43,235 nt of DNA from Actinomycetota bacterium (lineage in GTDB: Bacteria > Actinomycetota > Humimicrobiia > Humimicrobiales > Humimicrobiaceae), in assembly GCA_023488645.1 (NCBI GenBank), contig JAMDDL010000162.1, forward strand, positions 1 to 43,235, given 5' to 3'. A program made the translations under genes and the position numbers. Below are positions 7,995-17,306 of the stretch, piece after piece. The notes under the pieces are model-generated. The model saw nothing but the letters and a program-made list of their open reading frames with translations, searched no databases and was not told where the DNA came from. Position 1 is the stretch's first letter, and every line of letters begins with the position of its first letter.

Positions 7995-9080
7995 ATGAGG
8001 GAAAATAAGACACAAATATCCAAATTCAGGACAATAAATAAAAAAATTGTTACTTATTCTGTAATAGCAATAACAATTTTATTTCTTATAATAATTATTG
8101 TATCTTCCTTAGGTTCTGCAAGGATACCGGTTTTCCAGACATACAAGCTTGCATTAAACGGAATCCCGCTAATCAGAAATCTGGTAGATATTTCTGATAT
8201 AAATCCAAATTTTAAAATAATAATTCAGGATGTCAGGCTTCCGCGTGTATTCTTAGCAGTACTTGTCGGTATGGCGCTGTCTGCATCTGGAGTAATGTAC
8301 CAGGGTTTATTCAGAAATCCAATGGCAGATCCTTACATTATTGGAATTTCATCCGGGGCATCACTTGCTGCCACTATATCTATAGTGGCAGGATTTTCCA
8401 CAGGAATAGGCGGGGTATCAGCCATCATAGTTTCTGCTTTTACAGGCGCTCTTGCAGTCTCTTTTATTGTATTTAATATATCCAGGGGTAAAGGCGGCTA
8501 TATATCAGTTCTTACATTAATTTTATCTGGAATCGCAATAGGGTCTCTTTGCAGCGCAGGAACTTCTTTTTTAATGATGATTGGCGGAGAAGATCTTCAC
8601 AGGGTTATCTTCTGGATAATGGGGAGTCTTACAACCTCACAATGGATACATGTAAAAATCATCGGACCTGTGATAATAGTAGGCTGCATAGGGCTTTTTT
8701 TATATACCAAAGATTTAAACATAGTTACACTTGGAGAAAAAAGAGCCAGGCAGTTAGGTATAAACACTGAGCTCATGAAAAATATAATTATAATAATAAC
8801 TTCATTTATAGTTGCTGCAGCGGTTTCGGTTTCCGGCATAATAGGTTTTATCGGGCTGGTAGTCCCACATATGATGAGGATAGTAGTTGGGCCGGATAAT
8901 AGGGTTTTGTTACCAGTATCTGCTTTAAGTGGTGGAATTTTACTACTTTTAGCTGATACTTTTGCGCGAACTGCTATGAGCCCAAGAGAAATACCGGTTG
9001 GGATTATCACAGCTCTTCTTGGCAGCCCGTTTTTTATTTATTTATTAAGAAAAACAAAAAAAGACAGAACAGTGGCTTGA
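7995..9080 (+). CDS. btuC: FecCD/BtuC-family ABC importer permease
   Basis: 361 aa and polytopic. The family-typical segments LPRVFLAVLVGMALSASG and GIIGFIGLVVPHMMR are present. It lies downstream of a B12 riboswitch. Confidence 0.85.
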   Translation: MRENKTQISKFRTINKKIVTYSVIAITILFLIIIIVSSLGSARIPVFQTYKLALNGIPLIRNLVDISDINPNFKIIIQDVRLPRVFLAVLVGMALSASGVMYQGLFRNPMADPYIIGISSGASLAATISIVAGFSTGIGGVSAIIVSAFTGALAVSFIVFNISRGKGGYISVLTLILSGIAIGSLCSAGTSFLMMIGGEDLHRVIFWIMGSLTTSQWIHVKIIGPVIIVGCIGLFLYTKDLNIVTLGEKRARQLGINTELMKNIIIIITSFIVAAAVSVSGIIGFIGLVVPHMMRIVVGPDNRVLLPVSALSGGILLLLADTFARTAMSPREIPVGIITALLGSPFFIYLLRKTKKDRTVA

Positions 9081-9084
9081 GATT

Positions 9085-9927
9085 ATGAATAATAAAGAAG
9101 AAAAAGCAATTAAAATTAAAGACCTTAATTTTAGTTTTGGACAGCAAAAAGTTATAAACAATTTTAGTCTGGAGATAAAAAAAGGTGAATTTATAGCACT
9201 GCTTGGTCCTAATGGAGTAGGTAAAACAACTGTATTCAATATAATCTCGGGGATACTGCCTTTCAATGAAGGCGAAGTCAGAATATTTGGTAAAGATATT
9301 TCTAAAATGAGAACAAAGGAAACAGCAGAATATATAGGAATAGTGCCACAGGAAAGTACCTCTAATTTTAACTTCAGTAATCTTGAAATCGTACTTATGG
9401 GCAGAGCATGTAAATCTTCAAGGTTTGAAAATGAGACTGAAGACGACTACAGACTTGCTTTGGAATCTATGAAATTAACTAAAACAGATCACCTCTCTAA
9501 TAGAGGATTTATGGAAATAAGTGGAGGAGAAAGGCAAAGAGTAGTTATTGCACAGGTGATCACTCAGGAGACAGACATATTATTACTTGATGAACCAACA
9601 TCAAACCTGGATATAAACTTTCAAATTGAAATAATGCAATTGATATCAAAAATAAAAGAAGAGAAAAATTTAACTGTCGTAGGAACCTTTCACGATATGA
9701 ATTTGGCTGCTCAGTACGTCAACAGAATAGTTTTAATGAAGGACGGTAAAATATTTAAAGACGGTACTCCTGAAGAAGTTTTAACACCTGAAAATATTTA
9801 TGATGTATTTAAAGCCCGTGTAATAATCGAAAGAAACCCTTTTACAAACAAGATATATGTAACTCCCCACTATAATAATCATAATAAATTTATAGTAAAA
9901 ACGGAGAAAAGAAAAAAATTCATATAA
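9085..9927 (+). CDS. btuD: ABC importer ATPase (BtuD/FepC family)
   Basis: 280 aa. Walker A is GPNGVGKTT, the signature is ISGGERQRV, Walker B is ILLLDEPTSNLD, and the H-loop is TFHDMN. Confidence 0.85.
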   Translation: MNNKEEKAIKIKDLNFSFGQQKVINNFSLEIKKGEFIALLGPNGVGKTTVFNIISGILPFNEGEVRIFGKDISKMRTKETAEYIGIVPQESTSNFNFSNLEIVLMGRACKSSRFENETEDDYRLALESMKLTKTDHLSNRGFMEISGGERQRVVIAQVITQETDILLLDEPTSNLDINFQIEIMQLISKIKEEKNLTVVGTFHDMNLAAQYVNRIVLMKDGKIFKDGTPEEVLTPENIYDVFKARVIIERNPFTNKIYVTPHYNNHNKFIVKTEKRKKFI

Positions 9928-10040
9928 TAGCAGGCGGTGGCAGTGGTTCTTATTTATTCAACATTCTATCATCTGAAGGACATGAGATTTCAACCTGTAT
10001 TTTAAGCAGTATTGATACAGATGCAAAGATAGCACAACAG

Positions 10041-10367
10041 TTGAAAATACCAATGGTTGTTGAGGATCCTCACCAGGAAATATCAGAAGAAAATATCAAG
10101 CTTAATAAAAAGTTTATTAGTAACAGTGATATTGTTGTAGTTTCAAGAGTTCCATTTGGTAAAAAAAATTATGAAAATCTTCTCTCAGTTGAAGAAGCTT
10201 TGAATTTAAATAAAAAAGTTTACTTTATAGATGGTTCAAATTTCTCAAGCCGCGACTACACTAATGGGCGTGCAACTGAATTGTTTAAAAAAATTTTAAA
10301 AAAAGGAGCTGTATCGGTAGACAATGAAGAGGAACTTGCCATTTTACTAAAAAAAGGAGGTGCTTAG
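10041..10367 (+). CDS. Small Rossmann-like protein of unknown function; real N-terminus probably upstream
   Basis: The ORF-track start is TTG 10041. The frame is nevertheless open from 9888 and encodes a plausible N-terminus, KKIHIIAGGGSGSYLFNILSSEGHEISTCILSSIDTDAKIAQQL, with no ATG/GTG/TTG. It ends in a tandem TAG TAG (10365..10370). Confidence 0.5.
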   Translation: MKIPMVVEDPHQEISEENIKLNKKFISNSDIVVVSRVPFGKKNYENLLSVEEALNLNKKVYFIDGSNFSSRDYTNGRATELFKKILKKGAVSVDNEEELAILLKKGGA

Positions 10368-10553
10368 TAGAAAAATATTCATAATTGCTAATTTAGTTTC
10401 TGGTAAATAATTGGCTAAAAAAGCTAAATTAAGAAAATTTTAAACTTAATTTAAGCAAATAATTAACTTAAAAATAATTTATTCACTAGAAACTGGTTTT
10501 ATAAAAAAGGCAGTAAAATTATTAAAAACCAATTAAAAAAGGAGAAGGAAGAA

Positions 10554-11699
10554 ATGATTTTGGAAAAGTTAAAAGTGAAAAAAATATTAATTCCTGTACT
10601 GATTATTATTTTTTCACTAAGTGTGTTGCTTTCAGGTTCAGGATGTAAAGCTAAAGAAGCTGTTAATAAAGCTGTAGAGACAACATCAGCAGCAGTGGGA
10701 ACAACAATGGCAGAGGCTACATCAGCAGAGACAACAACATTGGTAGTAGAGTCAGCCAAAGATGAGTTAAAAGTTAATTACCCCGTAACAATACACGATG
10801 ATCTCGGCCAAGAGAAGGGAAAACAAAACAGAGAAATTACTCTGGAAAAACCCATAGAAAAAGCTATCATTGGAGAACAAGGTTGTGCATTAACTTTACT
10901 TAAATTTGAAATAGCAGATAAAGTTGTTGCAGGAGGATGTGATTTTGTTGCAGGTTATAAAAAAGACGGGAAAACACCAAATATCGCTGGGTATGAAAAC
11001 ATTCCTGTAATTGGTGGATATGGCGGGATTAATGTTGAAAAAATAATTGATCTCAAGCCTGATATCTTTATAAATTTAGCTCATCACACTGATAAATCTG
11101 ATGCTCAATTGGAAGCTGCCGGCATCAGAATATATACGGTTGGATCAATAAAGAATCTTGAAGGTATAAAATTTCATATTAAAAATTATGGCTTTATGTT
11201 TGATAAAGTTTCTGAAGCCACGAAGATAATTGATGAAATGAATGCTAAAGAAGCAAAAGTAAAAGAAGCAATAAATGCATTAAATCTTACAGATAAGGGG
11301 AAACCTCGCGTATTTATGCTTGGTATGGCAAAGGATAAAGATTCTGTCTCAGGCTGGGCACCTGGTGCTGAAACTTTTGTCGATGATTTAATTATAAAAG
11401 CAGGTGGTATTAACATTTTTTCTGAACAGGGGATATCGGGTTGGGCTGAATACAGCTCGGAAGCATTACTTAAGAGTAATCCTGATATAATAATTTTGCC
11501 AATTGGAAATGAAGCATACCAGTATAAATCTGTAGAAGAATTCACTTACAATCCTTTAGTAAAAAATCTCACTGCGGTTAAAAATGGAAAAGTATATGGC
11601 ATAAAAGGGGAAAGTATAACTCAAATGTCTTGGGAAACAGAAGATGCTCTTATGCAGTTTGCTAAGTATCTACATGGAGCAGAAATTAACTTAGATTAA
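10554..11699 (+). CDS. btuF: BtuF-type periplasmic substrate-binding lipoprotein
   Basis: 381 aa, preceded by the SD GGAGAAGGAAG. It has a lipobox (LLSGSG|C) followed by a Thr/Ala-rich linker. Family motifs are KPDIFINL, NPDIIILP and AVKNGKVYGI. Confidence 0.8.
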   Translation: MILEKLKVKKILIPVLIIIFSLSVLLSGSGCKAKEAVNKAVETTSAAVGTTMAEATSAETTTLVVESAKDELKVNYPVTIHDDLGQEKGKQNREITLEKPIEKAIIGEQGCALTLLKFEIADKVVAGGCDFVAGYKKDGKTPNIAGYENIPVIGGYGGINVEKIIDLKPDIFINLAHHTDKSDAQLEAAGIRIYTVGSIKNLEGIKFHIKNYGFMFDKVSEATKIIDEMNAKEAKVKEAINALNLTDKGKPRVFMLGMAKDKDSVSGWAPGAETFVDDLIIKAGGINIFSEQGISGWAEYSSEALLKSNPDIIILPIGNEAYQYKSVEEFTYNPLVKNLTAVKNGKVYGIKGESITQMSWETEDALMQFAKYLHGAEINLD

Positions 11700-11726
11700 A
11701 GTGTGAATATATATTATTACCAATAA

Positions 11727-11867
11727 AGCAGACTGGTTCAGAATCTTAAAGCTGTTAGAAACGGTAAAGTTTACGCAATCAAAGGAGGAGATATTAATAA
11801 TTTAAGTTTTAAATACAACAGATACTTTAGTAGAGTTTTGCCAAAGCAATTAATATATAAATATTAA
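11727..11867 (+). pseudogene. 3' relic of a further BtuF-type SBP gene
   Basis: It translates as SRLVQNLKAVRNGKVYAIKGGDINNLS.., compared with PLVKNLTAVKNGKVYGIKGESITQMS in the intact gene. The homologous FAK(A/Y)(I/L) tail is found only after a frameshift and a TAG TAG pair. There is no start codon and no upstream body. Confidence 0.65.
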
Positions 11868-11924
11868 ACAATATAATAGCTGAAGCAAAAAAGAGTATAT
11901 AAAAAGAATTAAATAAACATGATT

Positions 11925-11980
11925 AAGGGATGCGGTATTAATAAAGTTCTTGACGGGTCTTTATTAAAGCTTCATCCCTT
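11925..11980. terminator. Long imperfect hairpin between the convergent btuF and rSAM units
   Basis: AAGGGATG..TAATAAAG-loop-CTTTATTA..CATCCCTT: two 8-bp stems separated by an internal loop. The flanking T/A runs are poor. Confidence 0.3.
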
Positions 11981-12175
11981 TATTTATTGCAGAATGAAAT
12001 AGGACAGTATTGCAAAAGAAATTCCCTTTCAACTCTATGTATTTTCTTAAATCAAACTGATTATAGTTTTCTAAAATTAAAGTGTTCAGACTTTTATCTT
12101 CAGCAAAATTCTTAATGGCAGCTTTAAATAAATTAATAAATAAAACTTTCGTTAAGCAATAAGATCTCTTAAAGA

Positions 12176-13201
12176 TTATTTCTGATGCAGTAATGGTTCA
12201 ACAAACTCATTAAAAAGCCACATTTTGTAAGAACACTCCAGTTTATTTACCGCTAGCCAGTTTTCACTTTCAAGATAGGCGCGGACCGGACATCCTCCTC
12301 TGCATACATACTTTATTTTACAGCTGCGGCATTCTTTCAAATTGTCAACACTCCTTATTATTCTTTTATTAAAGTTGCAGGAATCATTTATATCTCCTAA
12401 AAAACCTTCTTTAAGGTTCATGAGAGACGGACATGAAAACACTTCACCGGTTGGTTTAATAGTCACACTTTCCCCCATAGCTGCATAACAATAATAAGGA
12501 TTTTTTTGCTTACTTATGCTTCGTGATAACAAAACCATAATATCGTTGATTATTGTCTTTGGTTCCTTTAGAAAAAATTTATTAAATAATCCATATGCTT
12601 TGCCTATGCTTTTTTTAATATTGTCAATATCTGCTTTTAAATCATCTAAATTTTTATTGGCTCTGCCTGATTTTCTGAGCAGGTCAAAAGATACACTTTT
12701 TACATTCTGGAAAAGAATAGCAATGCCCATCAACTTATCTAAGTAATCTGAATTTTTAGAAGTAATTACTGCCGTTATATTTACAGGAACACCATTTTCT
12801 TCAAGTATTCTGATCCCATTTAAAGTTTTTTTAGTATTTCCCCTGATCTCGTCATTAATGGCAGAAATACCATCCAGGCTGACATTGACATTTATATCGT
12901 TATCTTTTAAAAAGACGGCCATTTTATCATTTATCATAGTTGCATTAGTTTGTAGCTTTATACTTGACCCCGGCCTCGTTTCTTTAGCATATTTTATAGT
13001 AAAAATAAATTCTTCAGGACAAAGCAGTGGTTCTCCACCTGAAATTTGTAGTACTGAATCATATGGATCCAGAAGCTCAATAGCTTTTTTTATATTTTCT
13101 ATAGACATCGATCCATTTCCCTTTAACCCATCTGCATAACAATATTTACATTCAAGATTACAATTGCCAGTTATTAATATTATTACCTGTTTATAATACA
13201 T
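12176..13201 (-). CDS. Radical-SAM enzyme with a C-terminal SPASM domain, substrate unknown
   Basis: 341 aa. The CX3CX2C motif is GNCNLECKYCY. The SPASM cysteines are CYAAMG..FSCPS and CRSCKIKYVCRGGCPVRAY. It is the last gene of the cobN operon, 11 nt after chlI-D. Confidence 0.75.
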   Translation of the reverse strand: MYYKQVIILITGNCNLECKYCYADGLKGNGSMSIENIKKAIELLDPYDSVLQISGGEPLLCPEEFIFTIKYAKETRPGSSIKLQTNATMINDKMAVFLKDNDINVNVSLDGISAINDEIRGNTKKTLNGIRILEENGVPVNITAVITSKNSDYLDKLMGIAILFQNVKSVSFDLLRKSGRANKNLDDLKADIDNIKKSIGKAYGLFNKFFLKEPKTIINDIMVLLSRSISKQKNPYYCYAAMGESVTIKPTGEVFSCPSLMNLKEGFLGDINDSCNFNKRIIRSVDNLKECRSCKIKYVCRGGCPVRAYLESENWLAVNKLECSYKMWLFNEFVEPLLHQK

Positions 13202-13212
13202 ATAAAGATTCT

Positions 13213-15306
13213 TTATTCTCTTTTAAAAATACCAAGACTTTTTTTAAAATCTTTGTGCATTAATTCTTCCAAATTAAAATATTTACCATCACCATATCTT
13301 ATTATTTCCTGGTTAAAACCAAGTCTTAGTCTTGCATCGTCCGCATCTATTACAAAAATATTTACTCCCTTTTCTTTCAGTTTTTTTGAAATTTCGACAA
13401 TCTCTTTTTTAATATTATTCCCATTCTTAATAGCAACGTTTGCTTTCCCATCGGAAATCAGCACTACCACAGGAATACAATTCTTATCTTTTATAATTTC
13501 ATCTGACATTATTCTTAAAGCTTCCAGCAAACCTGAGGAAAGCGGCGTTTTCCCACCTGTGGGAATTTCTTTTATCTTTTTTGATGCTAAATAAACACTG
13601 CTTGTAGGCTTAATTAATGTTGCCGCATTATTTCCTTTAAAGATAATAAAACCAACTTTATCCCTTTTTTGATATGAATCTTTTAATATTGAAATCAGGG
13701 CACTTCTTGCAAATTCCATTCTTTTTCCAACACCCATCGAGCCTGAAGCGTCCACTACAAAAACTATGGTAACAGCTTTTTCCCTTTCCCTGACTTTTTC
13801 ACGTATGTCATTTATATCGATATCTATACTACCCTTAGTAGCAATAGCGCTTCTTATCGTTGCATCTATTGCTATATCACTTGTATTTTTTTTAGGTATT
13901 TTTGACTTGATATACTTGCCTGAATGGCTTGTTAAAGTCAATGTCCTTCGCCCCCTGCCAGCTTTTATTTTTTTATCCTTTTTAATTTCTATCTCGGGCG
14001 CAATAATTTCTTTTAAAGGCATGCTATTTTTTTCAGTTTCAGGATTAGAGCCGTTTTTATTATCATAGTTACTATTATCATTACTGTTACTTTCTTCTGA
14101 GTTTTGCTGCGGGGGCATATTAAAATTTTTATTTTTATCTTCATTATTATTTTTGTTTTCCGGGTTTTTGCCACTGGAATCTTTATCGCCAGAATTGTTT
14201 TCCTCTTGAGTGTCATTATTTTCTAAATTGCTATCCTGATTATCTTTCTCATTTTCATCCTGTTCTTTTTCAGAAGTATATTGATTTACTATGGTCTTAA
14301 GCTTCTCATTTATCGGTTTTTCATCATCAAAAGGATCTCTACGGACTCTGTGAGGTATTACATATTTTGCTGCTTTTTCAATATCCTGTTTTTCTGCGAT
14401 CAACCTGCCGTCAAGTGCCGCAAGTGTTTTTGAGCATCTTGATATTAAAATGTCTGCTCTATGTCCGTCTATTCCAAAATCAATGCATATTTTTGCTATC
14501 AGATTTTTTAAGTCCTTCTGAAGTTTTACTTTAGGAAGAATTTTTATTGCACTGCTGATCTTTTGAGTAAGAATATCCTGTTCATTTTTATAATTAGAAA
14601 AAAATTTTTCAGGATCCAAGTCAAAACTTTCAACTGCATCAATAATTTTTACCCGCTCATCTATATCTTCAATACCCTTTACATCAACATATAAACCCAA
14701 CCTGTCAGTAAGTTGAGGCCTGAGTTCACCTTCTTCCGGATTCATTGTTCCAACAAGTATAAATTTTGCGGGATGAGTTATACTGATTCCTTCTCTTTCA
14801 ACAATATTTACTCCCATGGCAGCTGCATCAAGCAAAATGTCAACGAGATTATCATCAAGCAAATTTATTTCATCTATATATAATATCCCTCTGTTTGCCT
14901 GTGCCAGTAACCCTGGCTCAAATGAATTCATTGCTCCTTTAAGAGCTTTTTCAACATTAATGCTCCCAATAACTCTATCTTCTGTTGCTCCTAATGGAAG
15001 TGTAACTACTTTTATTTTTCTAGTTTCAGTCCTTAAATATCCACCACTATCTATGATGCTTTGACAAATATCGCAATGTGGCTCTGATATTTCAGGACTG
15101 CAGCCATACGGGCATTCAATACTGAATTCTTTTTCAGGCAGCAATTCAGCTATTGCCCTTACAGCCATACTTTTTGCCGTGCCTCTCTGTCCTTTTATTA
15201 GTATTCCCATCAGATCCTGATTAATGGCATTTAAAATCAATGCTTCTTTTAAAGAATCCTGACCAACAATAGCGGTAAAAGGCAGAACCCTTTTTCCTGC
15301 TTTCAA
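13213..15306 (-). CDS. ChlI/ChlD-type chelatase AAA+ subunit fused to a vWA (MIDAS) domain
   Basis: 697 aa, with a TTG start 6 nt after AGGAGG. The N-terminal ChlI module has FTAIVGQDSLKEAL, Walker A GQRGTAKS, Walker B ILYIDEINLL and GTMNPEEGELRPQL. An Asn/Asp/Glu-rich linker of about 90 aa follows. The C-terminal vWA domain carries the MIDAS motif VVDASGSMG. Confidence 0.85.
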   Translation of the reverse strand: MKAGKRVLPFTAIVGQDSLKEALILNAINQDLMGILIKGQRGTAKSMAVRAIAELLPEKEFSIECPYGCSPEISEPHCDICQSIIDSGGYLRTETRKIKVVTLPLGATEDRVIGSINVEKALKGAMNSFEPGLLAQANRGILYIDEINLLDDNLVDILLDAAAMGVNIVEREGISITHPAKFILVGTMNPEEGELRPQLTDRLGLYVDVKGIEDIDERVKIIDAVESFDLDPEKFFSNYKNEQDILTQKISSAIKILPKVKLQKDLKNLIAKICIDFGIDGHRADILISRCSKTLAALDGRLIAEKQDIEKAAKYVIPHRVRRDPFDDEKPINEKLKTIVNQYTSEKEQDENEKDNQDSNLENNDTQEENNSGDKDSSGKNPENKNNNEDKNKNFNMPPQQNSEESNSNDNSNYDNKNGSNPETEKNSMPLKEIIAPEIEIKKDKKIKAGRGRRTLTLTSHSGKYIKSKIPKKNTSDIAIDATIRSAIATKGSIDIDINDIREKVREREKAVTIVFVVDASGSMGVGKRMEFARSALISILKDSYQKRDKVGFIIFKGNNAATLIKPTSSVYLASKKIKEIPTGGKTPLSSGLLEALRIMSDEIIKDKNCIPVVVLISDGKANVAIKNGNNIKKEIVEISKKLKEKGVNIFVIDADDARLRLGFNQEIIRYGDGKYFNLEELMHKDFKKSLGIFKRE

Positions 15307-15352
15307 AATTATCCTCCTGTCTATCGTGTTAATACTATTATTTAATTTTTTA

Positions 15353-16093
15353 TTATAAACTCAAATCTTTAACACTTTTTGTTGCAAAAAATAAAAACAA
15401 AATTGAGTACCCTGCGATTGTTACCAAAGAATAAATAGGGAATGCTGTTCCCAAGGCTGATGCTCTTATACAATTAACAGAATGAGTTAAAGGGAATATC
15501 ATTGAAAAAATTTTGAATACCACCGGAAATCTTTCAATCGGGAAAAAAGTTCCTGCTAAAAATGCCATCGGCGTCATTATAAAGGAATTAAAATCTCCCT
15601 GCTGCTGATGTGTTTTAACAACTAAGGCTATCCATAAAGCCAGAGCAGAAAACATAAAGCAGTTTAAAAAAATACTTAATAAGAAAAGTATATTAAATTT
15701 TAAAACTACCCCAAAAACCAAACCCAGCATATATATTAAAAAAGATCCTGTTATTCCTTTTAATATCCCGAAACAAATTTTCCCTACAGCTATATCGATA
15801 TTTGATATCGGAGCCACCTGAAATTCTTCAAAAGTTCTCCAGTAAAATCTTTCAACATTTATTGTTGTTCCGATTGAAAATGCAGAATTCATCCCGTTCA
15901 TGGCAATTAATCCTGCAAGCATGTACAGACTATAAGGATATCCATTTATGCTGGTGCTTCTTCCAAGCCCCCATCCGAAGGCCAAAAAAAATAACAAGGG
16001 GCTAAGAACCATCCCGATTAAAGATCTGGTAATATGTTTTTTCTCCCTGGATAAATCTCTATAAATGATCGCCCAAATTCCTTTGGTGCTCAT
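15353..16093 (-). CDS. ABC-2 type exporter permease
   Basis: 246 aa with about 6 hydrophobic helices. Its start overlaps the ATPase stop (ATGA). Confidence 0.7.
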   Translation of the reverse strand: MSTKGIWAIIYRDLSREKKHITRSLIGMVLSPLLFFLAFGWGLGRSTSINGYPYSLYMLAGLIAMNGMNSAFSIGTTINVERFYWRTFEEFQVAPISNIDIAVGKICFGILKGITGSFLIYMLGLVFGVVLKFNILFLLSIFLNCFMFSALALWIALVVKTHQQQGDFNSFIMTPMAFLAGTFFPIERFPVVFKIFSMIFPLTHSVNCIRASALGTAFPIYSLVTIAGYSILFLFFATKSVKDLSL

Positions 16094-16992
16094 TTTTTAA
16101 CCCTTCTTCCTGTTTTATCTAAAAACACATCTTCAAGATTTGCCTCTCTTATTATAATTTTGCCGTCCATTTTACTTGCAGACTCTAAAGCTTTTTCCCT
16201 TGAATCAAAAAAATATGTTGTGCAGTCGTCATGGTTAAATACATCAAGTGCAATAATACCAATTTTATCAATCATATTTTCAGGAGTATCAACCTCGATA
16301 AGGTTACCGCTATTAATTATTGCAACCCTATTGCAAAGCTGCTGTGCCTCTTCTATGTAGTGAGTAGTTAAAAAAATAGTTTTATTTTCAGAATTAATTT
16401 TAACCATTAAATCCCATATTTTTCTTTTACTGTGAGCATCGAGCCCGACAGTAGGTTCATCCAAAAATAATATTTCCGGTTCGTGCATTAATGCCCTGGC
16501 AATCATGAGCTTTCTTTGCATTCCTCCTGAAATTTTTTCCACCTGAACATTTTCTTTATCTTTTATTTCAATATAATCCAGAAGATAATCTATTCTTTCC
16601 AGAATTTTCCTTTTCTTCATATTATGCAGCATGCCATGTACTATTAAATTTTCCTTACATGTCAGTTCCATATCCAGATTAATGTACTGGCTTACAACAC
16701 CCATACTGTTCTTTGCTTCCAGTGGATTTTTAAGAATATCAAAGCTATTCAGATAAACCTCGCCTGAATCAGCTTTTGTAGCAGTAGTGATAATTCTTAT
16801 TGTTGTAGTCTTTCCTGCTCCGTTAGGTCCTAAAAAACCGAATATTTCACCTCTCAAGACATCAAAGCTTATATCATTTACAGCTGTAATTTTACCATAA
16901 TTCTTTGTTAATCTCTTTACGGAAACCGATACCTCATCTATCACCATATCACTACTATATGCTCCCCCCTCCCTATATACTTTTTTTATCAT
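16090..16992 (-). CDS. ABC-2 type exporter ATPase
   Basis: 300 aa. Walker A is GPNGAGKTTT, the signature is ISGGMQRKL and Walker B is ILFLDEPTVGLD. A C-terminal extension of about 80 aa is typical of DrrA/NatA/CcmA-like exporters. Confidence 0.8.
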   Translation of the reverse strand: MIKKVYREGGAYSSDMVIDEVSVSVKRLTKNYGKITAVNDISFDVLRGEIFGFLGPNGAGKTTTIRIITTATKADSGEVYLNSFDILKNPLEAKNSMGVVSQYINLDMELTCKENLIVHGMLHNMKKRKILERIDYLLDYIEIKDKENVQVEKISGGMQRKLMIARALMHEPEILFLDEPTVGLDAHSKRKIWDLMVKINSENKTIFLTTHYIEEAQQLCNRVAIINSGNLIEVDTPENMIDKIGIIALDVFNHDDCTTYFFDSREKALESASKMDGKIIIREANLEDVFLDKTGRRVKK

Positions 16993-16994
16993 TT

Positions 16995-17306
16995 TTAACC
17001 TTTAAACTTTTTTATAATTTCTTTTAATTCGTCTTCATCAGGAAAAGATATTGCAACATTTTGGCACCTGACAGCACAATAGGAGCAGGATACAATGCAT
17101 CTGTATGGATATGCTACAATCACTTCTTTATTATCATTTATTTCATATACCTTCATAGGGCAAATCTGCAAACAGGTTTTGCAATTATTACATTTACTCT
17201 TATCAATCGTAGGGTACCACTTAATCTTATTTCTATCTATACCTTTATATGTATTGCTAATAAAGTCATAATCCCTGAAATTATCATAAACCTTATTTGA
17301 GTTCAT
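16995..17306 (-). CDS. Small 2x[4Fe-4S]-type ferredoxin-domain protein
   Basis: The ORF-track start (17378) lies inside cobN. The internal ATG at 17306 shares a base with the cobN stop (TAATG), giving 103 aa. The cluster motifs are CNNCKTCLQICP and CIVSCSYCAVRC. Confidence 0.7.
   Translation of the reverse strand: MNSNKVYDNFRDYDFISNTYKGIDRNKIKWYPTIDKSKCNNCKTCLQICPMKVYEINDNKEVIVAYPYRCIVSCSYCAVRCQNVAISFPDEDELKEIIKKFKG

Noticed and set aside
8597-9010. Many ORF-track entries lie antisense to, or out of frame within, long genes. Examples are 1111..1326, 5083..5472, 8597..9010, 11186..11545, 13253..13594, 18030..18386, 21103..21444, 25690..26007 and 40410..40829.
   Set aside because: They lie entirely inside well-supported genes on the opposite strand or in another frame. 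They have low-complexity S/L/I/F-rich translations typical of shadow ORFs in AT-rich DNA, and they show no RBS or motif.
11919-12002. A 27-aa ORF (MIKGCGINKVLDGSLLKLHPFIYCRMK) near the SPASM rSAM gene, considered as a possible RiPP precursor.
   Set aside because: It is on the opposite strand, convergent to the rSAM gene. It overlaps the inter-operon hairpin and has no RBS. A short ORF like this is expected by chance.
11964-12179. A minus-strand open frame of about 70 codons directly downstream of the rSAM gene (..LFKAAIKNFAEDKSLNTLILENYNQFDLRKYIELKGNFFCNTVLF..).
   Set aside because: It has no ATG, GTG or TTG near its 5' end and is in a different frame from the rSAM gene. I recognise no motif. 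It could be another gene relic but I cannot support that.
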